The position numbers and the translations under genes are program-made. From a virus (lineage: Duplodnaviria > Caudoviricetes), in the IMG/VR virus record IMGVR_UViG_3300033463_000032, positions 64,411-128,410 of that record: 64,000 nucleotides of DNA; one strand, 5' to 3'. Below the pieces are notes generated by a model that worked only from the letters and a program-made list of their open reading frames with translations, did not search any database and was not told the DNA's origin. Positions 1 through 9,255 of this stretch are shown one piece after another. Every line of letters begins with the position of its first letter. Within the stretch, counting starts at the first letter, position 1.

Positions 1-22
1 TATTTATTCTTAAAAGAAGGGA

Positions 23-634
23 GTGTTCTATTTGCCATACTTTTTTTATAGACTGGATAATAACAGCACTTTCGTTAGAGAACAACAATATGGACATGCA
101 GAATCTCCGTTAAAGGGATTAAATTCTGAATGTTGGATGATAGTAAATCATACTGGTACTGGTAGTGATCCTTCTGATAACATATTTGCTTTACCTTGTT
201 ATCCTGAAAGTATTAGTGAATCACAAGATGCAAACTGGGTAACACAAGCTCCTTTAGGTAGATCATCACCATTGTCTACCTTTACAGGAACTGGATATAG
301 AACATTTGGATTATCCTTAAAGTTACATAGAGAAATGTGTAATGATGAAGCTTATATAGATAGAATTCTTTCAGAAATGAGAAAGTCTGTATATCCTAAA
401 TATACTAAGACTGGTATGTTGCCACCAATTACCACATTCCAGTTTGGACAATTTAGATGTAAAGGATATGTGACCAGTATAAATTACAACTGGCAAAAAC
501 CAATCATAGATGGATTTTATCAATTATGTGATGTATCACTTAGTTTTGTAGATGTACCTGATAAAGTATTTGCTGCTAACAATCTTACATCTGTACCTAC
601 TAATCCTTTTGATAGATCACCGATTAGACCATAA
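23..634 (+). CDS. Tail tube initiator / baseplate-tube junction protein (contractile tail)
   Basis: PESISES..ANW...GRSSP...GTG.R.F.L.L pattern of tube-initiator (T4 gp48/gp54-like) proteins; directly upstream of baseplate genes. Confidence 0.55.
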   Translation: MFYLPYFFYRLDNNSTFVREQQYGHAESPLKGLNSECWMIVNHTGTGSDPSDNIFALPCYPESISESQDANWVTQAPLGRSSPLSTFTGTGYRTFGLSLKLHREMCNDEAYIDRILSEMRKSVYPKYTKTGMLPPITTFQFGQFRCKGYVTSINYNWQKPIIDGFYQLCDVSLSFVDVPDKVFAANNLTSVPTNPFDRSPIRP

Positions 635-645
635 GAGGTGTTGTT

Positions 646-1044
646 ATGGAAGATAATTTTTATTATGACAACATAGGAAGTATCATTGCTTTTAGAAGAA
701 AGATATATCCGGAATTGGAATATTATACACCTAGAAAGTATGATAGCCTTTCCAGATATGACAGTACTGAAAGGCTTTTGGATAATTTAAATGGTGTTTA
801 CTATCATAAAACTTATGAACCGGTAGAGATACCATTATCAGATGGTGATACTTTTGTAACAGTAGATGTGCAAACGGAAAACAGATTAGATATTATTGCA
901 AATAACATTTATGGTTATGCACCATACTGGTGGATAATAGCTTTTGCAAATAATGTCATTGATCCTTTTAATGTACCTTTAGGAACGGTTCTTAGATGCC
1001 CACCTTTAATGAGTATCTATGGTAAAGGAAGTGTAATTAAATGA
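646..1044 (+). CDS. LysM-like baseplate wedge protein (T4 gp53 / P2 gpX-like)
   Basis: RLDIIANNIYGYAPYWWIIAFANNVIDPF..PLGTVLRCP motif; position in operon. Confidence 0.8.
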   Translation: MEDNFYYDNIGSIIAFRRKIYPELEYYTPRKYDSLSRYDSTERLLDNLNGVYYHKTYEPVEIPLSDGDTFVTVDVQTENRLDIIANNIYGYAPYWWIIAFANNVIDPFNVPLGTVLRCPPLMSIYGKGSVIK

Positions 1045-2648
1045 GTAAGTTTGGTGGTGCTTATTGCTTAAATAGAATGGTTCAATTTAAAAAGGCAGTA
1101 CAACAACTTCCTGTAGCATTACAAGGAAGTAAATGTGTTCCTTTTATTGAATTCATTGTAGGGGATCTTAAAATGTCTACTTATGATTCCTTAGACTATT
1201 TTATGCAATTAGATATAACATATTCTGGTGAAGGTACAGGAACTGCTAACAGTTTTACTGTTACGCTTGCATATCTTCCTAAACCAATGGATAGAGTTAA
1301 TTTTATAGATGAAGCATTATCTGGTGTTACTGCTGATAATAAACCTTGTATGCTTAGATATGGATATTCCGGAGTTCCAGGATATAATCTTTTATCTTCT
1401 GAATATGAATGTTTAGTTCTTGGATATTCATTACAGATTAGAGATAATTATCTGTACTATACGATTAATTGTATAAGTACTGGTGCCAGATGGAGAGAAA
1501 AAAGATACAATTTTGGATTTGCCAAAGAAGTTAATCCTATTAATTATATTTCTTCGTCTTGGATCAGACTTGATCTGGGCATATCTAAAGAATATGATCT
1601 GACAATAGACCAAGATGCATATGATCACGTTGAAAAAGTAGATCTAGGATATGTTTATAATGAAGATGGTGAAATTGTAACAGGACAATGTTCATTGAAT
1701 GATGTAACCATTTTTGAATTTTTAGATACAGTTCTTTCAGAAATAGTAGATACAGATGATGCTACTGCTTACTACTGGTATGAAGTTATAGATGTAAAAG
1801 GAAGAAAACAAGTTGCTATCCATAGAACATTGATATCAGAAACCAGTATTAAAGAAATGTTTGGTGATGAAAATCAGATCATATTTACGTTTGACTGGGG
1901 TGGTAATCATCAAGATTTTTCTACCAATAATCTTATTCTTGGTTTTGATGTGGACTTTAAAGGTGAAGTTAATATTGCTACTACAGAAGGTATATTGACC
2001 ACCAGAAGTGTGTATGATAATACTGGTACTTTAGTAGAAGCAGAAGGTATGGAAGATTATCAAGTAGGTGATTTTGTAAAACAAGATTTTAGTAATACTA
2101 CAAAGTTTTGGACAAAATCAGTAAACTGGTCCTATACTGCTCAATTGGAAATTGTAGGAATTCCTGCAGATATTCCGATAGGTGGTTATCTTGAAGTTAA
2201 TCCTTTGATCTATGGTCAGAAACATCATACTGCTGGAGTATATATGATTACCGGATCAAAGAGTAACATTACCAGTGGTGGTTTTGTTACTAATCTTGAA
2301 CTTGTAAAAGTGGTTATTCCTAAAGGTGGTTCTTGGTATTCTCAATTACCAAGAAGATTACTTGAATATAGAATGTCACCACAGAATGAGGATTATGCTG
2401 ATCTTATTGTGGCATTGTCTAATGGCACTACTGATAGAGATGCTATAGTGAATTCCGGATTAACCTTTAGTGGTAAAGATTATGTTTATGTACCAGGAAT
2501 GACTAATGAAAAGTACGAACAATTAATGAACCAGTCTAAACAGTCTGCTTCTACTACTCCTAGTGGTATTAATACAAATAAGAAGGTAGAAGAAAAAACA
2601 GATTCTGGAATTTATGTTAATAGAACAGATTTGACACCAATTAGGTAA
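1041..2648 (+). CDS. Baseplate hub protein (gp27/gpD-like)
   Basis: LRYGY N-terminal motif and AQLEIVGIP...GVYMITGSK..I...GFVT.L.L C-terminal motif; lies between LysM gene and spike. Confidence 0.65.
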   Translation: MSKFGGAYCLNRMVQFKKAVQQLPVALQGSKCVPFIEFIVGDLKMSTYDSLDYFMQLDITYSGEGTGTANSFTVTLAYLPKPMDRVNFIDEALSGVTADNKPCMLRYGYSGVPGYNLLSSEYECLVLGYSLQIRDNYLYYTINCISTGARWREKRYNFGFAKEVNPINYISSSWIRLDLGISKEYDLTIDQDAYDHVEKVDLGYVYNEDGEIVTGQCSLNDVTIFEFLDTVLSEIVDTDDATAYYWYEVIDVKGRKQVAIHRTLISETSIKEMFGDENQIIFTFDWGGNHQDFSTNNLILGFDVDFKGEVNIATTEGILTTRSVYDNTGTLVEAEGMEDYQVGDFVKQDFSNTTKFWTKSVNWSYTAQLEIVGIPADIPIGGYLEVNPLIYGQKHHTAGVYMITGSKSNITSGGFVTNLELVKVVIPKGGSWYSQLPRRLLEYRMSPQNEDYADLIVALSNGTTDRDAIVNSGLTFSGKDYVYVPGMTNEKYEQLMNQSKQSASTTPSGINTNKKVEEKTDSGIYVNRTDLTPIR

Positions 2649-2665
2649 TTGAAAAGGATAAAACA

Positions 2666-4567
2666 ATGGCTACTAATGATTCATCTTATAAGGGTTTTAA
2701 TTCACCACTCAAAGTAAGAGTAACTAGAATTGATGATCCTAGACAAATGAATAGAGTGCAAGTATACATACCTTCTTATCATGGAACGTTTGAAGAAGAT
2801 ATGGTTGGTTATGGGGATGATCTCGGTAATTATCCTTGGGCATCTATGTGTTCAATTTTGTTTAAAGATGGTAATAACTTTACCAGTGGTTCATTAGAAG
2901 AATTGTATTCCGGTGATCTTCCAATGATATTTCCATCTGTAGGTACTATAGGTTGGGTTTTATTTGAAGGTGGAGATGTAAGAGCTCCTATTTACATGGG
3001 TTCACTTGGGAAAGGTGAAGTTAATGAAACAGTAGAAGGTTCTTATACTGGTAGTGACAATAATAATCAGATCATTGCTAATGGTTCATCTGAATTGTCT
3101 GTAATGGCAAATATCATCTTTGAACAAGAAGGTGGTGGCAAGAATTATGCTAACATCAATCCTCTTGATGTAGATGCTATTTCTATTGGAGTTCTTCAAT
3201 GGCATGCAGATAATGGTAGAGAATTAATGAGAAGGATTAAAGAAAGAAATTCTTCAAATTATATTTCAATCTACAATGCTAACTCAGCTACATTTACTAT
3301 TGATAAATCTTGGAAAGACTTCTATGTAACTAAAGGTGATAACAACTATAATGCAATTAAAGAAATTATTAATTCTACCGAAGGTCATCAATGTCAAGAT
3401 GAATATGTAAACGAATATTTGTCTAATTATGTAGAACAAGGTAAGAGTGTAGGTGTTACTGATTATAAAGCACAAATCTATTTTTGTGATATGTATAACC
3501 AGTCACCTGCAGGTGCTATGAAGATTGCTAAATTGTGTTCTAATAAGTCTATAGACGGATTACACCAGGAAACTCTTAATGGTGGGCATTGGTTAGGTGG
3601 AAATCAATATCATAACAGAGATAGAAGAATTAGAGTATATAACAAAGTAAAAACTATGGATATGCAAGCAGAATTAAATTCTGCTACTTCTTCTACTTTG
3701 TCCGGTAGTCTGTCATTAGAAACTACGTTTGCTTTTCCTACAGAAGTAAAAGACATAAAAGTTCCTTATGTAAAAAATATTCATCCATATATCACCATTC
3801 AAGAAGATGGTATTGAAGGTAAAGAAGTAAGAGCAGCACATAAAGGAACTGCCAAAGCTTATAAGGATTCTAATAAGAATGGTAAATGGGTATCTATTAA
3901 ATCCGGTAAGTATGAAACCAGATATATGCATTTAAGTAACTTTAGTTCTAAACTTCCTACATTGCAAACAGATGTTGAAGTAGAAGTTGGTGATGTAATC
4001 GGATATATTGGCCATACCGGAAATGTATCTAAAGCTTGTTTAGATTTTACTCTTTTGGTTAATGGTAACGCAAAAGATCCAGTACCATATCTTAATGGGG
4101 TTTCTAACAATCTTACTGCTACTGGTCAAGGTATTATTGATACTGCCGTAAACTGGATGATTAATATTGCTAATGATCCTCAATATGGTTATTCACAAGA
4201 TGCTAATATGAGGTGGGGAAACGGAGCATATGACTGTAGTTCTTTGGTGATCAGCGGGTATTCTGCTGCCGGATTAGGGGTAAAAGAGGCTGGTGCTACA
4301 TATACTGGAAATATGCGTTCTGCATTTGTTCAATGTGGATTTACTGCTATACCATTTTCTGCTAGTATGGAATTGCTTAGAGGTGATGTATTACTTAATG
4401 AGATATACCATACTGCTTGCTATATAGGTAACAATCAGATTGTTCATGCATCAAGCTCCAGAGGACACCCGGAAAAGGGAGATCAAACTGGAGATGAAGT
4501 CTATGTAAGAGATATGTATATCTATAGTGAGGGTTGGGATTATGTGCTTAGATATACAGGATCATAA
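2666..4567 (+). CDS. Baseplate spike/lysin: gp5 OB-fold + lysozyme-like + degenerate M23 + NlpC/P60
   Basis: DDPRQMNRVQVYIP..PWA..P.VG..GWV.FEGGD..PIYMG (gp5 OB-fold); EQEGGG.NY..IN..D..AISIG.LQW; YMHL..GDVIGYIG.TG (M23-like); YDCSS..HTA (NlpC/P60). Confidence 0.85.
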   Translation: MATNDSSYKGFNSPLKVRVTRIDDPRQMNRVQVYIPSYHGTFEEDMVGYGDDLGNYPWASMCSILFKDGNNFTSGSLEELYSGDLPMIFPSVGTIGWVLFEGGDVRAPIYMGSLGKGEVNETVEGSYTGSDNNNQIIANGSSELSVMANIIFEQEGGGKNYANINPLDVDAISIGVLQWHADNGRELMRRIKERNSSNYISIYNANSATFTIDKSWKDFYVTKGDNNYNAIKEIINSTEGHQCQDEYVNEYLSNYVEQGKSVGVTDYKAQIYFCDMYNQSPAGAMKIAKLCSNKSIDGLHQETLNGGHWLGGNQYHNRDRRIRVYNKVKTMDMQAELNSATSSTLSGSLSLETTFAFPTEVKDIKVPYVKNIHPYITIQEDGIEGKEVRAAHKGTAKAYKDSNKNGKWVSIKSGKYETRYMHLSNFSSKLPTLQTDVEVEVGDVIGYIGHTGNVSKACLDFTLLVNGNAKDPVPYLNGVSNNLTATGQGIIDTAVNWMINIANDPQYGYSQDANMRWGNGAYDCSSLVISGYSAAGLGVKEAGATYTGNMRSAFVQCGFTAIPFSASMELLRGDVLLNEIYHTACYIGNNQIVHASSSRGHPEKGDQTGDEVYVRDMYIYSEGWDYVLRYTGS

Positions 4568-4578
4568 GAGGTGATTAA

Positions 4579-4956
4579 ATGGAAAGAACTATATCATTTC
4601 CTAAAATATTTAATGCTACGACTGGTAAAGTAAATCTTGAAAGTGGTGTAGCATCTATAAATGATTGTTTATATCTTCTTTTGAATTCTATGAATACAGA
4701 AATGTTGGGAGATCCTATGTATGGTTCAGGACTTCTGGAACTGACATTTACTTATCAAGGAACTTTATTGGAAGAACTGATAAGATCTAAGATATGTAAT
4801 GCAGTTAGATTGTATGAAAGAAGAATTGAAATATCAGAAGATGATATTCAATTAATTTATGATGAAGATACTGTTATAATACAAATGAGTTATTATGTAA
4901 AAGCAGAAGGAACTACAAGTACATTTTCACTTGCTATGCAAAGAACGGAGAGATAA
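4579..4956 (+). CDS. Baseplate wedge protein gp25-like
   Basis: LL...EM.GDP.YGS.L....F...I..A...YE.RI motif; size and position. Confidence 0.85.
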   Translation: MERTISFPKIFNATTGKVNLESGVASINDCLYLLLNSMNTEMLGDPMYGSGLLELTFTYQGTLLEELIRSKICNAVRLYERRIEISEDDIQLIYDEDTVIIQMSYYVKAEGTTSTFSLAMQRTER

Positions 4957-4959
4957 AAG

Positions 4960-6786
4960 ATGGCTATAGATGTTTCTAAATTACAAGTAGATTCCAGAGA
5001 TTATTTATCTATCTTTGGTGATCTTATTAAGGCTGTACCAAATGTATCACAAACTTGGAATACAACAGATGAAAATGATCCGGGTGTAGCAATTATAAAA
5101 GAAATGGCTATGTACGGTGATATGCTTTCTTATAATCATGATAAAGCAGTTCTTGAAGTATATCCGGCATCTGTTACACAAAGAAAAAATGCAGTTCAAG
5201 TGTTTGGACTCTTAGGATATAAACTTCATTGGTATCAATCAGCTAGATGTAAGATTACATTAACTAATAAGACACCGGAAAATATTATCATTCCTACATT
5301 TTCCACATTTATTTCAGATCAGGATAACATTACTTATACTTATATAGGAAAACAAGTAACATTAACCCAGAATACTGCCGTTACTATTGAGGCTATTCAA
5401 GGTATTCCAAGAACGCCTACTATTAATACTGCTTCCTTGATTCCTAGTGGTAATTATACTTGGAGTTCTGTTTACAATTTTAATATTGTTAAAGAAGATA
5501 TTATCGGAGATAAGATCTACATTGGTGATAAGACTGTAGATGAAACTTCCATTATTCTTATTGACAATAAGTTTAGAACCTGGACACAAGTTGCTAATAT
5601 AGATGCACTTACATATACCGGAACTTACTTTGAGCTTAAGATAGATGATAATGATAATCCATATATTCAGTTACCATCTTACTGGGAGAACTTCGAAGTA
5701 AATCAATTCCAGTTATTCTATTTAGTTTCTGCAGGTATTGATGGTCAAATACAAGCAGATAGATTAACTAGGTTCTATGCTGACAGTAAAGAATATGTGG
5801 CTAATGGTTCTGATGTTGATGTGTCAAATTCTACCAGTACTTATGGATATAATGCAGAAACACCAGCAGAAGCTAGAGATAATGTTGTAAACTACATCAA
5901 TACTTATGATACATTGATTACTACTTCTGATTTTGAAAAGGCAACTAAGAGAGTTCCTGGAGTTGCTAATTGTATAGTAACTGATATGACAAATGATCCA
6001 GATCCTAGTGACTTTGATGGAAATGGTAATCCATTTGATTTGGCATGTATTAAAATTTATACAACAAAATCAGATGCATATGCAGATGTATCAGATGATG
6101 TTTTGGCAACCAATATCATAACATCTTTGAAAAATCATAAGTTAATGTTGTTAAAGATGAATGTAGATTTTGATAACATTACTTATTACAACTGGACTGT
6201 AAGAGGAACTATTTATCTTAAGGAAAAAGTAGATCTTAATACTGCTCAAAATATCAAAACAGATATTGATACGGCCATTAAACAGATGTATTCAAAAGAT
6301 AATATAGCTTACAATTCAATAATAGGATATGGTGGACTTCTTCAAGTTATTCATTCTGTATCTGATCTTATTTATAATATAGATATAGATGGTATAGAAT
6401 ATTTCTTTGTTAATCCGGATGATACCATAACACATGATATTGATAAGACTACTATAACCGGTAGGTACAATGTTGCTGCTACATCAGTAGGTACAACATA
6501 TACCAATACGTTGAATACACCTATTAAACCGGGTAGTATTACAATGTCTTATAATCAAGGAACTAATATTATTTATGATGATAAGAATGGTGGTTTAAGA
6601 TGTGAAAGTGCCACATTCCATTCTGGTACTGTAGATTATTCTACTGGTGCAATAACAGTTACTTTTGTAACAGCACCTAATGATGGTCTTTTAAACATTA
6701 CTTATCAGAAGAATGTAATGAATATGGTTCTTCCGGATATTGGTACTGATGATCTTAAGATAGCAGAAGAAAACATTTACACATAA
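4960..6786 (+). CDS. Baseplate wedge subunit (T4 gp6 / baseplate J-like)
   Basis: SRDY...DPGVA..E..A..GDMLSY..D...E.Y; ET...R......T..DFE....VPGV motifs. Confidence 0.85.
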   Translation: MAIDVSKLQVDSRDYLSIFGDLIKAVPNVSQTWNTTDENDPGVAIIKEMAMYGDMLSYNHDKAVLEVYPASVTQRKNAVQVFGLLGYKLHWYQSARCKITLTNKTPENIIIPTFSTFISDQDNITYTYIGKQVTLTQNTAVTIEAIQGIPRTPTINTASLIPSGNYTWSSVYNFNIVKEDIIGDKIYIGDKTVDETSIILIDNKFRTWTQVANIDALTYTGTYFELKIDDNDNPYIQLPSYWENFEVNQFQLFYLVSAGIDGQIQADRLTRFYADSKEYVANGSDVDVSNSTSTYGYNAETPAEARDNVVNYINTYDTLITTSDFEKATKRVPGVANCIVTDMTNDPDPSDFDGNGNPFDLACIKIYTTKSDAYADVSDDVLATNIITSLKNHKLMLLKMNVDFDNITYYNWTVRGTIYLKEKVDLNTAQNIKTDIDTAIKQMYSKDNIAYNSIIGYGGLLQVIHSVSDLIYNIDIDGIEYFFVNPDDTITHDIDKTTITGRYNVAATSVGTTYTNTLNTPIKPGSITMSYNQGTNIIYDDKNGGLRCESATFHSGTVDYSTGAITVTFVTAPNDGLLNITYQKNVMNMVLPDIGTDDLKIAEENIYT

Positions 6787-6798
6787 GGAAGTGATCAG

Positions 6799-7572
6799 AT
6801 GCTTATACATACTAAAAACAATATGCCTAAGATCTTTGCTACTTCCAGAGATTATCAGGCTATACAGAGATTGTTAGATATAATCACTAATGTTGAAAAG
6901 AGTGATGTTGATAATATTGTATCTTTGGTTAATGCTGATAAGTGTCCTAGTAAATACCTTCCATTATTGGCTTCATATGTGGGATATGATTATGATTATT
7001 CCTTATCATATGAAGCTAATAGACTGATTATTAAATATTATCCATTAATGATTAGATTAAGGGGTAGTGAAGAAGGTATCATATTAGCATGTGCTGTAGC
7101 ATTAAATAGTACCAATTTACTTAGATCCAGTACTGGCTTTATTAATTACATTAATGTAATCTTTGATGATGTTAATTCCATACTTAAGATCTTTATTAAT
7201 ACTGACATACCACCTAAATTATATGAATTGGTTGAAGTGGTTAGACCAGTGGGATTAAGGATGCAAATTGTACCATCACAGTCAGTTAAACCAATAGATA
7301 ATATAATTATTAAAGATATTGTTAGTGTTGCTAAGTTTGATGTTCATACATCAAGTAGATATCATGTTATGCCAGATGCTGATAGTTTCTTTGTTCTTAC
7401 TACAGAACCGGATGGATGGTCTTTGTTCTATACTTACTATTATGAACTTGTTGATGGTGAGTATGTGAGATTACAAGAGCAAGAAACACCACCAGTATTT
7501 GTTGCTAACACATATTATTATAGAGATGTAAATGAAGTTGGATTTGGTGAAGTTAATCAACCTAATTCTTAA
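6799..7572 (+). CDS. Baseplate protein (P2 gpI / gp7-like)
   Basis: D.CP.KYLPLLASYVGY...R.RGSEEG..; VRPVG motif. Confidence 0.7.
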   Translation: MLIHTKNNMPKIFATSRDYQAIQRLLDIITNVEKSDVDNIVSLVNADKCPSKYLPLLASYVGYDYDYSLSYEANRLIIKYYPLMIRLRGSEEGIILACAVALNSTNLLRSSTGFINYINVIFDDVNSILKIFINTDIPPKLYELVEVVRPVGLRMQIVPSQSVKPIDNIIIKDIVSVAKFDVHTSSRYHVMPDADSFFVLTTEPDGWSLFYTYYYELVDGEYVRLQEQETPPVFVANTYYYRDVNEVGFGEVNQPNS

Positions 7573-7586
7573 AGAAAGGATTTTTT

Positions 7587-8228
7587 ATGAATGGTATAGA
7601 TATTGTTGTAGGTTCTACTACATATATAAGAGTAGTAAATAGTAAGACTGGTGACTATAAAGAAATACAAGGACATAACTTAGCAACTAAGCAGATGTTA
7701 CTTGGCCTTTATAATTTCCTTAGAAGAAACTTTTTACTTCCTGAAAATCCTACAAATGCACAAGCAAATGATGTGACTGAATCTATGAGGTCATATTGTC
7801 CATTTTACTTAAGAGTAGGTGCTGGTACAACTAATCCTAGTTTTACAGATGATCATTTGGAATACCCATTGTATATAGATGGTAGTGTAAACGATTCACC
7901 TTCACCATATACACAAGGTACAGAAGTTTATTATAAACAGTATGATGCTGCTGAATATGGTGAAGAAGTAAGTGAAAGTGTTACTTTAAGATTGAAGTTT
8001 TATATACCATCAAATGTACTTTCTGGGACTTCAAGTATTTCTACTGAAATAACGGAGTGGGCATTGTATTCACAAGGATCTGGTGATCATCCGGAAGATG
8101 GATATTTGTTAAGTAGATTTGTTCCTAAAGATGAACACAATAATCCAATAGTTACAGAAAAGGGACCATATGATTTTATTGATGTGTTGTGGGAAATCAC
8201 ATTACATTCATATGTTCAATCCACATAA
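7587..8228 (+). CDS. Tail fibre attachment / baseplate-associated protein
   Basis: HNL.T...VG.GT..P...D..L..ITEWAL...SR...K...I.V.W pattern; position in operon. Confidence 0.5.
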   Translation: MNGIDIVVGSTTYIRVVNSKTGDYKEIQGHNLATKQMLLGLYNFLRRNFLLPENPTNAQANDVTESMRSYCPFYLRVGAGTTNPSFTDDHLEYPLYIDGSVNDSPSPYTQGTEVYYKQYDAAEYGEEVSESVTLRLKFYIPSNVLSGTSSISTEITEWALYSQGSGDHPEDGYLLSRFVPKDEHNNPIVTEKGPYDFIDVLWEITLHSYVQST

Positions 8229-8244
8229 ATGGGGGAAATAAGAT

Positions 8245-9234
8245 ATGTCATATAATGCTAACATTAAAAATGCAAATGCTTATGCATTTCCTAGTTCAAA
8301 TTCTAATAAGAATGGTAAGCCTACATCAGAAACCAATCTTAGGGATATTCTTACAAGAATTCGTGTTCAGAACTTTGTAGTAGATGAAAGTACCGGACTC
8401 ACCTTATCTTCTAATACATTAACAATACCTGCAGATTATAAAGTTAATATTAATGGTACTTTGATTACTTTTAATTCTACACAAACAATCTCTAGTGTAC
8501 CTACTGATGCTAATGTATATATCTATTTGAATTATGATAATTCTACACCACCATTGATATATGGTCCTGATGCACCAGATACAACGGTTTTGAAAGGTGT
8601 ATATGTAGATTATACAGATCCTAGTACAGATGATGAAAAGAAGATTTCTTTACAGATTGCTAAAGTAGTTAGTGGCAGTCTTGATACTACTTTTGTAGCA
8701 AATGCACTTCCATTAACCACAAATGAAATAGCTTATGTTGATGATAATGGTGATGTAACAGTTCAATCATTATCTGATTTCTTAAATACTACATTAACAG
8801 ATCTGTATCTTTCTAAAACAGTTGATGATACTAAGGAAGGTAATGTAGTATTCCAAGGTACTGGCAGTACAAAAGAAATACTTATTGATAATGAAAAGAT
8901 AGTCTTAAGTGATAATTCAGATCCTATTCTTTCAATTGAAGAAGATACTATCAGTAATTCTACTGGTGATATTGTTTTTGATGAAACTAACAATGAACTT
9001 ATTATCAATGGTAATACAAAAGTTATTCTTAAGAGTGGTACAACAAACATAGTTATCGATAACAGTAAGATCACTATAGGAAATACTACGTTTACTGTTT
9101 CTGGAAATGATATAAAGATTAAACCAGCATCTACTGGAAAAGTAATTATAGAATCAGATGTATCTGTTACCGGAAATCTTGATGTAACTGGTGATGTTAC
9201 TGGTGATAGAGTATTTAATGCAGTATATAATTAA
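8245..9234 (+). CDS. Tail fibre/spike-like virion protein
   Basis: Beta-rich T/S/D/N/G repeats; C-terminal VTGNLDVTGDVTG..VFNAVYN. Confidence 0.55.
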   Translation: MSYNANIKNANAYAFPSSNSNKNGKPTSETNLRDILTRIRVQNFVVDESTGLTLSSNTLTIPADYKVNINGTLITFNSTQTISSVPTDANVYIYLNYDNSTPPLIYGPDAPDTTVLKGVYVDYTDPSTDDEKKISLQIAKVVSGSLDTTFVANALPLTTNEIAYVDDNGDVTVQSLSDFLNTTLTDLYLSKTVDDTKEGNVVFQGTGSTKEILIDNEKIVLSDNSDPILSIEEDTISNSTGDIVFDETNNELIINGNTKVILKSGTTNIVIDNSKITIGNTTFTVSGNDIKIKPASTGKVIIESDVSVTGNLDVTGDVTGDRVFNAVYN

Positions 9235-9255
9235 TAAAGAATTTGAGGTGAACAT

